Positions 49,298 through 63,410 of a stretch of 64,000 nucleotides of DNA are shown piece after piece (within the stretch, counting starts at the first letter, position 1; every line of letters starts with the position of its first letter). A model generated the notes under the pieces. It was not told the origin of the DNA, searched no databases, and saw only the letters and a program-made list of their open reading frames with translations. Made by a program: the position numbers and the translations under genes. Source of the stretch: Octopus sinensis. Taxonomy: Eukaryota. The stretch lies in assembly GCF_006345805.1 (NCBI RefSeq), contig NC_043003.1, positions 58,962,001 through 59,026,000 of the forward strand, in the 5' to 3' direction.

Positions 49298-49429
49298 CAT
49301 ATATATACATGCATATACATACATACACATACATGAGACGTCACACAGTGCAGTTTCCGAACTCCCCACCCTACACGTATCTGTGTGTGTGTATTTATAT
49401 ATGTATATAGATGTATGTATGTGTATATA

Positions 49430-49486
<57 letters not shown>

Positions 49487-49787
49487 CATACATACATACA
49501 TACATACATACATACATACATACATACATACATACATAAGGCCCCACATTGTGCAGTCTCCGAACTAGCAGGTCAGTGGACCATCTTAAGTAAACTTCTT
49601 ATACACTCCCCACCCTGAACATATGTGTGTATATGTGTTTGTATTTACATATGTACATAGGTACGCAAAGGTCGGTGGAGTGACGTGCATAGTTATACAA
49701 TGAAATGCACGTCCACCCGTATTCTTGAACATATATACCTACATGCAAACATTCAGACATTCACGTCTATACCTATTTTCACAATAT

Positions 49788-50180
49788 TCTATTCTACTCT
49801 AGGCACAAGGCCCGAAATTTTGGAGGAAGGGGCCAGTCGATTGGATCGACCCCGGTATGCAAATGGTACTTAATTTATCGACCCCAAATGGATGAAAGGC
49901 AAAGTCGACCTCGGCGGAATTTGAACTCAGAATGTATGTAAAGACAGACGAAATACCTGTTTCTTTATTACCCAGAAGGGGCTAAAAATAGAGGAAACAA
50001 ACAAAAGGATTATCCGATTACATCGACCCCAGTTCGTTCCTGGTACTTAATTTATCGACCCCGAAAGGATGAAAGGCATAGTTGACCTCGGCAGAATTTA
50101 AACTCAGAACATAAAGACAGAGGAAATGCCGTTAAGCATTTCACCAGGCGTGCTGACGTTTCCGCAAGCTCGCCACCTTC
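49788..50180 (-). mobile_element. SINE family A, dimeric form
   Basis: Reverse complement of the 2109-2487 architecture. Confidence 0.9.
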
Positions 50181-50349
50181 CTTACATTTTTAACATTCTG
50201 TATAAACATACACGCACAGAAAAAGACATACATATATATAAGTGTGTGTTCATATATATTCAATTAAAATATTTGGAATATACTGTTTAAATAAATGTAG
50301 GAGTGTGCATATATGGATGTATATATGCATGACGATTGTTCATCTTTCC

Positions 50350-50416
<67 letters not shown>

Positions 50417-50596
50417 AGGCTTTCCGTTTCTCTGTACCAAATCCACACACATGCTTTTAGTTGGCCCGAGACCATAGTAGGTGACCCTTAATAACTCCTG
50501 CTGTATTCTCATTCCTTCTCTCTCTTTCTGTCTATCTATCAATCAATCAGTCTATGTATGTATGTATGTATGTATGTATGTATGTATGTATGTATG

Positions 50597-50646
<50 letters not shown>

Positions 50647-50929
50647 TAGATATAGATATATATATATACTATATATTTAAGCTTTTAAACATATACACAG
50701 ATATGTATGAATGCATATAATGCATATATGTGTGGGTGTGTGCATGTATGTGCTTACGTAGATACGGTTATTTCTCTCTCTTCCCCTCTCTCTCCCCTTC
50801 CCTCTTCCCGTTGTGTATATATATATATATATGTAGTCGTACTGGAATTTATCTTTCATTTCAAATTAATATAATGATATGCACTATTATATTAGCATAC
50901 GATAAAATATAATGTATAATATATATATG

Positions 50930-50985
<56 letters not shown>

Positions 50986-51610
50986 GCACACATATATATG
51001 TATATATATATGTATGTATGTATGTACAAATATATATACAATAAATAACGTATGTCATGATGTATGTTTGGTTTCAATGCGTGTATAATTGCATGTCTGC
51101 GGAAACAAAAAATAACATTCCATGCACTAAACATTCCTCATATCTGCATTGTGTTTTACACAACACAATATTAGCTTCAGTATGGAACCGAAACCTGATG
51201 CATGGCGGCAAGTAATTAGCAAGAAACCTAGCCAAAGTTCAGTATCCCAATAGCATTTGTCAATATATTTAGGAAATCAGTATATCAAGTTAATTACAAA
51301 CTTTGTTCCAACTTTTACACGACTTCTTACCAAAAGTGTTAACGAGAACAAATATATCTTTGAGCAGTCTGTGTAATTATCCACTTTATCTGTAAAAGGA
51401 AATAACTAGAATACCCAATAAAAGACTTAAGCATGAATTCATGTTAGAAAAAAAAAAAAAAAGGAGAAAGCTGAAACGAAACATAAAAATTAAAAGATTA
51501 AAAGCAAAGGAAAATATTTCATGTAAAAATCTCCACGAAACAGAATGTAACAGAAAGTGTGGTGTGTATATAATATATATATATATATATATATATCTTG
51601 ATAGATATAT

Positions 51611-51648
<38 letters not shown>

Positions 51649-51704
51649 GTATGTATGTGTATATATATATATGTATATATAATATAATATATATACTATT
51701 ATAT

Positions 51705-51739
<35 letters not shown>

Positions 51740-52425
51740 CGAATGCTTCGAAATGATGAAATAAGGCTCTCTGTACATAATTTAAGAAGGAGAAGAAATA
51801 CAAGAAACACAACAAAAATTACACCTTCTAAGACAACAACAACAACAACAACTACAGCAATAACACAAGGAAACAAAAGACAAACAAAACATCTAAATAA
51901 TAACGATGAAAAATCAGTGAAAATTAAACAGTGTTGTTGCATTGCAATTGATAACAGTTTATGGGTAATTAGCTGTTTTGGAGTAATCATGCAATAAATG
52001 TTCCGCAAAAATGCATGAGCAATAATATTTAAATATAGCAGCATAGAAGAAATGTATCGTTTCTAAATAGATGAATGTTGTTAGTTCATTAACATAGTGT
52101 AAGCATCCTAACAAAAAGAAAAGTCTGTAAAGGCTTCTGTATGGATATGTGTATATTATATGTAAGTAGGTGTAAAAAGCTGAATAGTGGTGTGGTGTGG
52201 TGTGCATGATAAAATGGAGAGCTCTTCTTTCTGGTTAGTACGTATATAATATATTCGTAGGCAGACACACGCAAACACACATACACACACACACAAATAC
52301 ATACACATTCTCTCATTTTATATAAATATATATATACAAATTGCTAAATAAGCATATATAAATATATATCTACATGTGTATATACATTTATATGCATGCA
52401 TATATTTATATATGTGCGTCTATGT

Positions 52426-52462
<37 letters not shown>

Positions 52463-53316
52463 TATATATATAATATATATATATATATACAACACAAGAA
52501 AGGAAGCAAGATAGAGAGAGGGAGAGATTGAGAGAGAGAGGTGTTCATAAAATATACATACACATGTACAATGTAAATGTATACATGAAGCGAGTGTGAG
52601 TGTGTATGTATGTGTAGGTTATTCCTAAATTGAATGTTCGATATCCGTCTGAGAATGTGGGCTTGTTGAAATGTTTCTCTCTATAAAAGTACCAACTCTG
52701 CATTTGGATTTCGGAATTACTGAGTAATAAGGGCGTGTTGCTTTTTACGTGGTGTCACCTACATATACATACATACATTCATACATACATTCATACACAC
52801 ATACATACATACACATACCTTCCCATTTATATATACACACATAAGTATGCAAACATGTTTGTATACATACATATATACAATACACACACACACTCATACA
52901 CGCGCGCGCGATCACAAATTATAGAAGAAAAACACAAAGAATGGAGAATTATACATTCTTTAATACCCTTACGTTCGTTTCAGCTCGCTTGACGTTTCAA
53001 AATTCTACGATGTTGTAATCATGCATATTTATCTCTTCCATATTTGTTCAATTAACATTCTACGGAGACTGAGAAATTTAACACCATCCTATCCTTATCG
53101 AAGCCCTTATAATGCATCAATTTGGCGTTTGAAGTTTGGATTTGCAAATTTGACAGACACCGTTAAATCAATTTTAATCCTGACGTGGATTACGATAGCT
53201 TTCACAGTTCAATTTTGTTATAATTAGGCAAGTTTGATCCTTGCAGAGTGCTTAAAATGTATTCAGATGGAGTTTTAATCTGTTTTATTACCTTGAATAT
53301 ACTTTTATCCCTATAT

Positions 53317-53500
53317 TTTTTTCAGCAATTTTACTGCGGCCATGCTGGAACACCGCCTTTAGTCGAACAAATCGACCCCAAGATTTAGTCTTTGTAAGTC
53401 TAGCACTTATTCTATCGGTCTCTTCTACCATACCGCTAAGTTACGGGGCCGTAAACACGCCAACATCAAACACAGGCACACAAATACATACCTACATTCA
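53317..53500 (-). mobile_element. SINE family C 3' half (the mariner sits in its internal TA tract)
   Basis: ctgcggccatgctggaacaccgcc...ccgctaagttacggggccgtaaacac. Confidence 0.88.
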
Positions 53501-53506
53501 TATATA

Positions 53507-54072
53507 TTGGGTTGTCCGGAAAGTTCGTGCAGATTTTGAAAGGAAAGAAAAAGCTCAATAAATACTTGCCATTACATTTTTGATCAACCAAATATGAACC
53601 ATTTTGTTGCACAATGCGTCTCCATATTTCCTTTAACTTGAAAATACACTTTTTCCAGAATTGAGGTGGTTTCTTGGCAAAGAATTCTTCAAAGTATCTT
53701 TTTACGTTATCCAAGCAATTGAAATTTTTACCATTAAGACTATTCTGCAGAGACCTGAATAAGTGTAAATCCGAAGGAGCAATATCTGGTGAATATGGAG
53801 GGTGAGGTAACACATCCCAGCCGAGCTGCAGCAATTTTTGTCTGGTTCCCAAATCATCAAGTGCCGAAAATGGTCTTTCTTATCTTCCATTTTAAAGGGT
53901 TTTAAAATTTTACAGAATTAACACAAGTTATAGGAACATAAACCTTCCACGAAAAGATAGCTTAAACTAAATGGAGGTGTAGTCAAATCCTATTTTATGT
54001 ACTCAACCATGTTCTAAAATAAGTCGAAAGCTAAGCTTCTATAAATCGGCGCGAACTTTCCGGACAACCCAA
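53507..54072 (-). mobile_element. Internally deleted mariner element (566 bp), both TIRs, TA-flanked
   Basis: TIRs ttgggttgtccggaaagttcg(t/c)gc / gcgcgaactttccggacaacccaa. N-terminus MEDKKDHFRHLMIW is fused out of frame to TRQKLLQLGWDVLPHPPYSPDIAPSDLHLFRSLQN. Confidence 0.97.
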
Positions 54073-54375
54073 TATATATATTTATACCCCTTAATCTTGA
54101 AGTCTATTGATATGTTATTGAACCGTTTCATGAATCTGTTTCGTTTATTTGCACGATTACGGCGTGTTATTTTTATGGTGATATGTTTGGTAGATTTTAA
54201 ACATTGACGTCTTCTTCGCATGTAGGCTACTTGTATACGTATTTGTTTGTCCTTAATATATTTATAAATTGATTAATTTTACCTTAACCGGTTGATTGCA
54301 TGCAGACTACCTGATAAAATCAAACGTAGATTTAGGATAAAACGTAGATTTTATCCTTAATTTGTAACATATACT

Positions 54376-54625
54376 CTCTTTTACTTGTTTCAGTCATTTG
54401 ACAGCGACAGTGATGGAGCACCACATTTAGTCGAGGAAATCGACCCCAGGACATATTCTTTGTAAGTCTAGTACTAATTCTATCGGTATCTTTTGCCGAA
54501 GCGTTAAGTTACGGGGACGTAAACACATCAGCATCGGTTGTCAAGCGATGTTGGGTGGACAAACTCATACACACAAACATATACACACACATACTAATAC
54601 ATATGTTTATATGTATATATATGTG

Positions 54626-54665
<40 letters not shown>

Positions 54666-54775
54666 ATAAGCTTCCTTCAGTTTCTGTCTACTCAAGGTGC
54701 ACGTAGTGGGACTAAACCCGGAACCATGAGGTTGGTAAACAAGCTACTTGCCACACAGCCACTCTTGCGTCTACA
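54376..54775 (-). mobile_element. SINE family C with internal deletion and expanded microsatellite
   Basis: Tail at 54376-54560, head at 54660-54775. Confidence 0.85.
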
Positions 54776-54828
54776 CACACACACTCACACATATATATAT
54801 ACATACATATATATATTAATAGTGCATA

Positions 54829-54878
<50 letters not shown>

Positions 54879-54924
54879 CACATACATACAAACACACACA
54901 CACCCATATACATACAAACATATA

Positions 54925-55325
54925 TATACTCTTTACTCTTTTACTCTTTTACTTGTTTCAGTCATGTGACTGCGGCCATGCTGGAGCACCGCCTTTAGTC
55001 GAGCAAATCGACCCCGGGACTTATTCTTTGTAAGCCCAGTACTTATTCTATCGGTCTCTTTTGCCGAACCGCTAAGTGACGGGGATGTAAACACACCAGC
55101 ATCGGTTGTCATGCAATGTTAAAGGGACAAACACAGACACACATACATATATATATATATACATATATACGACGGGCTTCTTTCAGTTTCTGTCTACCAA
55201 ATCCACTCACAAGGCATTGGTCGGGCCGGGGCTATAGCAGAAGACACCTGCCCAAGATGCCACGCAGTGGGACTGAACCCGGAACCATGTGGTTGGTTAG
55301 CAAGCTACTTACCACACAGCCACTC
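54925..55325 (-). mobile_element. SINE family C, full length, young
   Basis: Very close to the 15062-15475 copy. Confidence 0.93.
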
Positions 55326-55344
55326 CTGAATATATATTATTATT

Positions 55345-55605
55345 CTTTTACTTCTTTCATTCATTTAACTGTGGCCATGCTGGAGCACCACTTTGAAGTG
55401 TTTTTTGTCGGACAAGTCGACACCGTGACTTATTTTTAGGCCTAGTACTTATTCTGTCGATTTCTTTGCCGAACCGCTAGTTATCCACTCACAATGACTT
55501 GGTTGGTCCAGGGGTATAGTGGAAGACGGTTGTCCAAGTTGTCACACGGAGGGACTGAACCCGGAACTATGTGGTTGGGAAGCAAACTTCTTGCAACACA
55601 GCTAA
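55345..55605 (-). mobile_element. SINE family C, internally deleted
   Basis: Tail joined to head via gccgaaccgctag|ttatccactcac. Confidence 0.8.
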
Positions 55606-55609
55606 GCCT

Positions 55610-55772
55610 AAAGAGAGAGCAAGAGAGAGAGAGAGAGAGAGAAAGAGAGGGTAATGAGAGGAAGAGAGTATGGGGAGTGAGATAGGTGGAGGGGAGGCGT
55701 GAGAGAGAGAAGAGAGTGTGAGTGAGAAGGGGTTGAGTGAGATAAAAAGAGAGAAATAAAAAGAAGAGAGAA

Positions 55773-55808
<36 letters not shown>

Positions 55809-55820
55809 AGAGAGAGAGAT
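55610..55820. repeat. GA-rich polypurine tract
   Basis: Direct reading. Confidence 0.9.
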
Positions 55821-56198
55821 AACGTTTAAACGCTTCTGAATATTTATGAAACTATGATAGCAGAAGCTTGCATATCTCAATATATAATAAAGTATAAACT
55901 TAGACACAATACAGAATCACAAACAGTCACACACACTTGCGTATATACATACATGCGCCTGCGCATACACACCTATGTGTTTGCGCAGGCGCATATATGT
56001 ATATATACGTATTTGCATGTGTGAGTGTGAGTGTATGTGCGTGTGTATGCGGGCATAGAATCATGTACTACACTATTAACACGTACGTATTATAATTAAT
56101 ATCATTATTAGTACGTATGTGCTGCATAGATAGATGTGTAATTAACGACCTCTATATACTTGATTGTAATGCATAAATCTTAGTTTTCTTTATCTTAC

Positions 56199-56230
<32 letters not shown>

Positions 56231-56382
56231 GCACACTCAGACATACAGACATACACACGCATGCCCATATGTGTGTGTGTATGTGTGTGAATTTGTGCAT
56301 GTATATACGTATATATGCAAACCTTTATACATAGATATGTGTGTGTGTGTGTATATATACATATATATATATATATATAGCA

Positions 56383-56455
<73 letters not shown>

Positions 56456-56634
56456 AAGAGCGAAAGAATGGGAGAGAGAGTGATAGTCATATACACACAT
56501 AGACTTCTCTCCCGGTACATATCTACATAGATATTGATATTTATATAAACATATATTACATAAATACATACACACACACATACATACATACATACATACA
56601 TACATACATACATACATACATTCATACATACAAT

Positions 56635-56685
<51 letters not shown>

Positions 56686-56758
56686 AACAGAGAGAGAGAG
56701 AGATAAATGTATATATGTATATATGTGTATATATATATATCTTCATGTATACATATAA

Positions 56759-56804
<46 letters not shown>

Positions 56805-56847
56805 TATATATGTATATATATGTATGTATTTATATATATAATATATG

Positions 56848-56933
<86 letters not shown>

Positions 56934-57614
56934 GTGCATATGTTTTTGCAATGCTTATAAGGAAAAGTTCGAAAAACTTCAACGAATCAGAAAGTTTCTA
57001 ATTTCATTAATGCCATGTTAAAACTACGTTGATATACCGAATACATGGTTGCTGTTACTGCTGAAGGAAATGAAGATAATGTAGATTTGCATCTGCTAAA
57101 ACTGATGCTAGATGGCTAATTGCTAGAGTCGTTAGTATATTAGATAGATTGCCTCGAGGTATTTGTTCCAGTTGCCTGCTTCCTGAGATCGAATCTCGTG
57201 GATATCAACTATACTTTTCATACTTACAAGACCGATAAATAAATTGCCTTAAGATCAGCTATATCATTTTAGTGAGGGAACACTAAGATATTTCTTTTCT
57301 CACAGCTTCTCTATCAAGTCGGAGCACCGGTTCTTGTCGAATCACCGAAGTTAAGGAACGTCAAACCTAGTTAGTACTGAGATATGTGACCGCTTGGTCA
57401 ACCTAGAAGCTGTAAGTATCACTTGTTTACTCAAGGCGGTGTTCCAGCATGGCCACAATGCAATGAAACAAGTAAAAAACATCTATCAGTGAGAGGCTAG
57501 CTGCTCTTCTCAGAAATCTATCTGAAGTTCTATTAAAGTCCTCCAAAATCAGCTCTGATGGGCTGTTTGGCACAGGACAAGTTATAGAAGAATCTTGATC
57601 TTTTTCTTGCTTCA

Positions 57615-57781
57615 ATCATTAGACTGCGGCCTTGTTGGAGCACAGCGTAAAAGAATTTTTAGTCGAAAAAACTCAAGTCCTTATTTTTAAGCCTGGTACC
57701 TATTCTATCGGTCTCTTTTGCAGACCCACTAAATTAAAGGGGCATAGTCACACACTCTCTCTCACACACACATTTATATAC

Positions 57782-57827
<46 letters not shown>

Positions 57828-57945
57828 GGCAGGCTTCTTTCAGTTTCCGTCTACCAAATTTACTCACAATGGTTTGATCGGCCCGTGGCTACAGTAAAAG
57901 ACACTTGCCGAATGTGTCACATAGTGGGAATGAACTCTGAACCAT
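57615..57945 (-). mobile_element. SINE family C, diverged
   Basis: actgcggccttgttggagcac...ggcttctttcagtttccgtctaccaaatttactcac...gaactctgaaccat. Confidence 0.8.
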
Positions 57946-58789
57946 ATTTGGGAATATGTAAAAATTTGCCTGCGTATGTGACTATCTGAGCTGGAACCTA
58001 ATACGGACGGTCGGCTGTCCACTTGCTATTCCTCGTCAAATAATTGTTGAAGAATAACTAAAAAAAAAAGAAAGAAAAGCAAACATGCTGTTTTGGAAAG
58101 AAATAGGGTTTTTCCCACAATTCCCAGAATGACAAACTGTTGGCCAAAACACTAGCCATATCTACCAGGAAAAAGAAAAATGGTAAAGAATGCAAAAACG
58201 TCATTGAATCAACTATTTGAAACCTTTTGTTTTCCTTTGCAAAGCCAAAAGAAAAGAAAACCCTTTAGATTCTCTTACCATTTTAACGTCTCCTTTCTTC
58301 ACTGCAACATTAATAGGGCTGAATAGCTGAATGCTCTTGATCTGGAGAATGTTTGCAATAAGAGTCCTGCATTGAATGACCTGTGGTTAGTTTATTTTAA
58401 TATAGTTGTCATCAGAGAGACAGGGTTTCTAACACACAGTCTCTCGTAATTCTTCAAGCCAAATTCGCGGATGTTTAAGGCTTTTCTGTTTCAGTTTACC
58501 AAAATGCTGGCAAGAAACAGTGGATTGCTTACCTAAATATGGATTTCGATGCCTGAATTAAAGAATTTGGTTAGTGAGATTCACACTGCTATGGAGAAGG
58601 TTGTCAAGCTAAAACATAGACAAATCTAGCCAGGGCACCCTCCACTTCATAAGATACATTGTAGAAGATATGCTCAAAGTACTGCGAAAAGCTGCATCTA
58701 TATGCGTCCTTCAAAATCCTCTGTGCTGTCTGGGGTAAAAATGGCACAACGTTCTGTGTGTGGTCGTTTCAGGGTACTATAAAGCACTG

Positions 58790-59055
58790 GCATGGTGTTC
58801 ATGAGTATTCTGTTGGTTTTACATTGCCTATATCTATATCTGCGTGGTGAGCCCGTGCAGTTGTCGAGTGGTACCCGCGTGAGCGGAAACGACCACTCAG
58901 AAAGCCTCCACGACAGAGGAGTTACGATTTTAAGAGGGCGATTGGGATCACGTGGATGAGGAAGGCGCGATCCAGAGAGGAGTGGACAGCGTGCTGTGAC
59001 CAGCGGTAGCAAATGGACGCCCGACGGACTGGTCGGTCAAGGTGATCAAGGTGAT
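58790..59055 (+). mobile_element. RTE-type LINE 3' end (decayed)
   Basis: AVVEWYPRERKRP...KRAIGITWMRKARSREEW, a typical RTE C-terminus; tail ggtcaaggtgatcaaggtgat. Confidence 0.75.
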
Positions 59056-60483
59056 ATTTATATAAATTTGTTATTGTGTCGAAGTGTCGCAATATTGCTC
59101 AGCAGACATATCTGCAGTCTCAAACGAGTCTCTGACTATGCTTGGACATGGCAAAGATTGTAGAAAGGATTGGATATGAAAGTTAAAACAGCAATAATTG
59201 TAGCGGGGGTGATAAATAGGATAGAACTCGAGCCTTGTTTGCTATTCTGATCCACATTTCAACGAATCTATTGAAAACGAAGCATCAGTCTCTCCAGTCT
59301 TATTAATTGTCTATTTGGGTTTGTCTAGAAAAGAAAATGTCTGTCTTTGGCCTTTCAGTCGTCTCTGCTAAATTAACTCTTTCGCCATAGCCCCTTGACA
59401 GACGAAAACTAAATATCCGGTCCAAAATGAAGGTAGCATAGGTCATGAGGAAACTCAATCGACAGTCACACAACTCATGACAACAGTTGTTCGACACAAT
59501 ATACAATTCAGAATGATCAGACTCACTCCATGTTTGTAGAGTCCGTCTTGCACTGGCAAGGTGACGGATTTCTGGAAGCTATTAAAATCTCCTAGCTAAA
59601 TGTCCTCTAGACGAGACAAGTTGCTTGTTTCATGTCGATGACTTTCACCCAGAATGTTCAACCACTTGTCTACCACTAATTCTCTATAGAGTGCTTCCAG
59701 TTGCAAGGCGCACTATATTGGTCTTCTTTCCACAAAAGACTACAGCTTTGACGAGAATACGAGCTGTAGGGGAAAGTGGAGGACAAAGGGTCGCCACGCC
59801 TGCTAACCGTCTAGGAATCCTGCGGAAGCGGCAGTCTCGGCACATGTCTTTGTACGTGTCTTTGTATCAGTATATTGAGCCATCAATCTAGAGGTTAATG
59901 GCAGCAGATGGACCGTCTGACTACTAAAATAGGTTCCCTCCAAAAGAAGCAGCATCACTCGTTACAATCTAATTAGACATAAACAAGTATAAGTTACAAC
60001 AGTTGGGCGACCATATATAGAGGTGGTGATATTTGTGTTCAGCCCGTCTACACGACCTTATACACGGAATGCCCGGAGCCAACCATTGCTATAATCTAGT
60101 TCTTGTAATCCAATGCGTTACACGATGGTTACACGAAGTGTGGGGACTATTTAAAATACGTAGCTGTTGCATGCAAACGAGTATAACTTAGTAGTGTGTA
60201 CCATGCTTTCGTGAGTTCTTTTAGGAGTTCATGCAGTTACGAGCAGTCATAGACATACCATCGGTCCACCCAGAGTAAACTTGAGATACACGTAATTCTA
60301 AAATAAACTGTTGCCTATTATTACAGCCAAATTACTCCTCCTATTTTTAATATTGTAAGCAGTTTGGAAAGTTAGCCTTTAGCGAAACTTTTAATTAACT
60401 GTTAATTTTTTTGACAGTGTACTCTGTAGATTGTATTGAGTCCTTTGACCAGTTATTGTTTGTTGTTCTTATGTGTTTATAAG

Positions 60484-60486
<3 letters not shown>

Positions 60487-60555
<69 letters not shown>
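60487..60555. repeat. (TG)n microsatellite
   Basis: Direct reading. Confidence 0.95.
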
Positions 60556-60559
<4 letters not shown>

Positions 60560-61118
60560 CATTGTAGCTGAGAATCTTTATTTTTGCAAGGTAATGTCTT
60601 GAAGCTAAATCTTATTCATTATTCTACAGTCCCGCGGGATAATTATATCGCAAAAGAAAAATACAAAATTACCAGAATATTTTAAATATAGATTAATAGG
60701 GTGGTGGTGTTTGAAATTCACAAATTAACACTAATCATGATAGAAATTGTTCGAAAATGGAGAAAATTGAAACAATTCAGTCTGCCTTAATACAAACTCA
60801 GGGGTTAGTGTTCTTCAGGCAGTGTTCTTAATTTGTTTATTATCTTGAAACGCACAGTCTTTGTTTTCAAAATCTTAACCGAAATTAATTAAAATAAATA
60901 CTTATTCATTTCACTTAACTTTTTGAATTTTAAGATAATTGTCTAAATCTGTTAGCACATAATGTGCTATTATTTACAGCGTTTAATTCTAATTTGTAAC
61001 GACACAGTAATACCTACAGGCGTGTTTTATCTAATATTACTTTGGTATTATTTATACGATACACGATCCAATATACGAAAGGAATATATATATATATATA
61101 ATATATAATATATAATAT

Positions 61119-61171
<53 letters not shown>

Positions 61172-61691
61172 GTATATATATATATATACTTATATATACA
61201 CATATACTTATATATACATATATACATAATATATATATATATAATATGTATATGTATACATACATACGTATATATATATGTAGGTATATGTGTGTGATTG
61301 TGTGTATTTATATATCTATGTATTCTTGCGTATATGAATTAGGAATATGTGTTCGTGTGTAGCATGTTCCATTTCGTCATTTCATGAGTTTTGTTCATTA
61401 AATTAGAAGCCTCACCGAAAGCATAGATCAATTTGGGACTTAGAATATTGGCAGGTATAAAAAAGAAACGTGCAAATTGCTTATATTTTTTATTAGATCT
61501 AATTGAATATGATCTAAACTAATTTTTAGGAAATATAATTGCAATTAGATGTAACATGAATGCTCTGTCACGAAAGATTGAGATTGTTTGCCGCTTAGTA
61601 AGGAAACCATATACAAAAGACGTACATACATATATACGAACGTACATACATACATTCATCATGCACCTTACCCACCGCAAATATATACGCA

Positions 61692-61847
61692 AGTGGAGAT
61701 GTGGTTCTGTGGTAAGAATTTTGCTTCCCAACCACATGGTTCCGGGTTCAGTCCCCATGCATAACACCTTAGGCAAGTGTCTTCTACCATAGCTTTGCAA
61801 GTGGATTTGGTAAAAGAAAACTAAAAGAATCCCATCGTGTATATATA

Positions 61848-61902
<55 letters not shown>

Positions 61903-62085
61903 TGTGTGTGTGTGTGTATGTTTGTCTCCCACCACCGCTTGATAACCGGTGTTGGTTTGTTTACGTCCCCGTAACGTGGTGATAGTAAGCTTAAAAAATA
62001 AGTACCTGGGACAATTTGTTCGACTAAACTTTTCATGATGACTCCAGTATGGCTGAAGTCTAATGACTGACAAGTAACAGCTAAA
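61692..62085 (+). mobile_element. SINE family C, near full length
   Basis: Head gtggtaagaattttgcttcccaaccacatggttccgggttcagtccc; internal TA/TG tract; tail ctccagtatggc...tgactgacaagtaa. Confidence 0.88.
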
Positions 62086-62478
62086 ATGATACAATATATG
62101 AATGCATGTATCAGAGGCGACTCCAGGTCATCACCGTTACTCGGGATCATCATAGATTTCGTATAAGACACATGTACAGAACGGAAAGTTTTCATAGATT
62201 GGAATTTAAATTCTAATCTCTGCATAGGAATTTATTGTTTCAAGAAAACATTGAATTTGAATTACTTTTAATTTTTACGATTATAAATAACGAAAATAAA
62301 TGAACTGCAATCAGGCTCAATAAAAGGAGCCCGAGCTATTGACGACAATTACATACTTTGAAGTCAGTGTTGGAAGAAATTAAATCAGCTTGAAAATACA
62401 CGTTCACTAAATTTAAACTGGGGCTAAGCCCGAACAGCGCGAGTGACGGAGTCACCACTGGTATATATGCATGTTAAG

Positions 62479-62712
62479 GCAGCGAGCTGGCAGAAACATT
62501 AGCACGCCAGGCGAAATGCTTTGCGGTATTTCGTCTGTCTTTACGTTCTGGGTTCAAATTCCGCCGAGGTCGACTTTGCCTTTCATCCTTTCGGGGTTGA
62601 TTAAATAAGTACCATTTACGCACTGGGGTTGATGTAATCGACTTAATCCGTTTGTCTGTCCTTGTTTGTCCTCTCTGTGGGTAGCCCCATTGTGGGTAGT
62701 AAAGAAATAGGT
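62479..62712 (+). mobile_element. SINE family A, young
   Basis: ggcagcgagctggcagaaacattagcacgccaggcgaaatgc...gtagtaaagaaatagg. Confidence 0.92.
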
Positions 62713-62994
62713 ATATATGTATGTTTATGGGCATTTTCATATACATGTATGCATGCATACATACATATACATAGTTATGTGAAACGTCAAAAACGTAGTT
62801 CCTCTTCCGTTTACCAAATCAAGCTAGATAGTTGAAAAACACCTAAACAGATTTTATTTCAAAACCTCATTTTATTTAGGTAAAATTGGTTCAGATATGC
62901 TTGTTCTAATTTTTAGGGCCCAAAGAAGTCGGTTGGACAGCAAATGGAGGTAATTGCCATTCATATAATTCCCTATATAATAGATGAATATTCT

Positions 62995-63410
62995 TTTCTA
63001 CTCAATGAAAAAGGCCCGAAATTTTGAGGGAGGGTGCTAATCGATTATTAGGCAGCTGGTACTTAATTTATCGACCCCGAAAGGATGAAAGGCAAAGTTG
63101 ACCTCGGCGGAATTTGAACTCCGAACGTAAAGAGAGACGAAATACTGCTAAGCATTTCACTCGGCGTGCTAACGTATCTTATTTATTTACTGCTCACAAA
63201 GGGCTACACACAGAGGGAACAAGTAAGAACAGACAAACGGATTAAGTCGATTATATCGACCGCGGTGCATAACTGGTACTTCTTTAATCGACCCCGAAAG
63301 GATGAAAGGCGAAGTCGACCTCGAAGGAATTTGAACTCAGAACATAAAGAGAGAGGAGATATTGCTAAGCATTTTGCCCGGCGTGCTAACGCTTCTGTCA
63401 GCCCGTCGCC
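62995..63410 (-). mobile_element. SINE family A, two-to-three-module composite
   Basis: Tail at 62995, heads ending near 63175 and 63410. Confidence 0.9.

Noticed and set aside
59100-59900. Possible additional decayed RT (HVDDF...LGILRK)
   Set aside because: Motifs are too degenerate to assign by eye; needs an HMM search.
60050-60340. Possible DNA-transposon remnant
   Set aside because: No TIR pair or second copy could be found in the window.
62420-62460. ctg-gggc-taa-gccc-gaac hairpin
   Set aside because: The core is incomplete; it could be a chance 4-bp stem.
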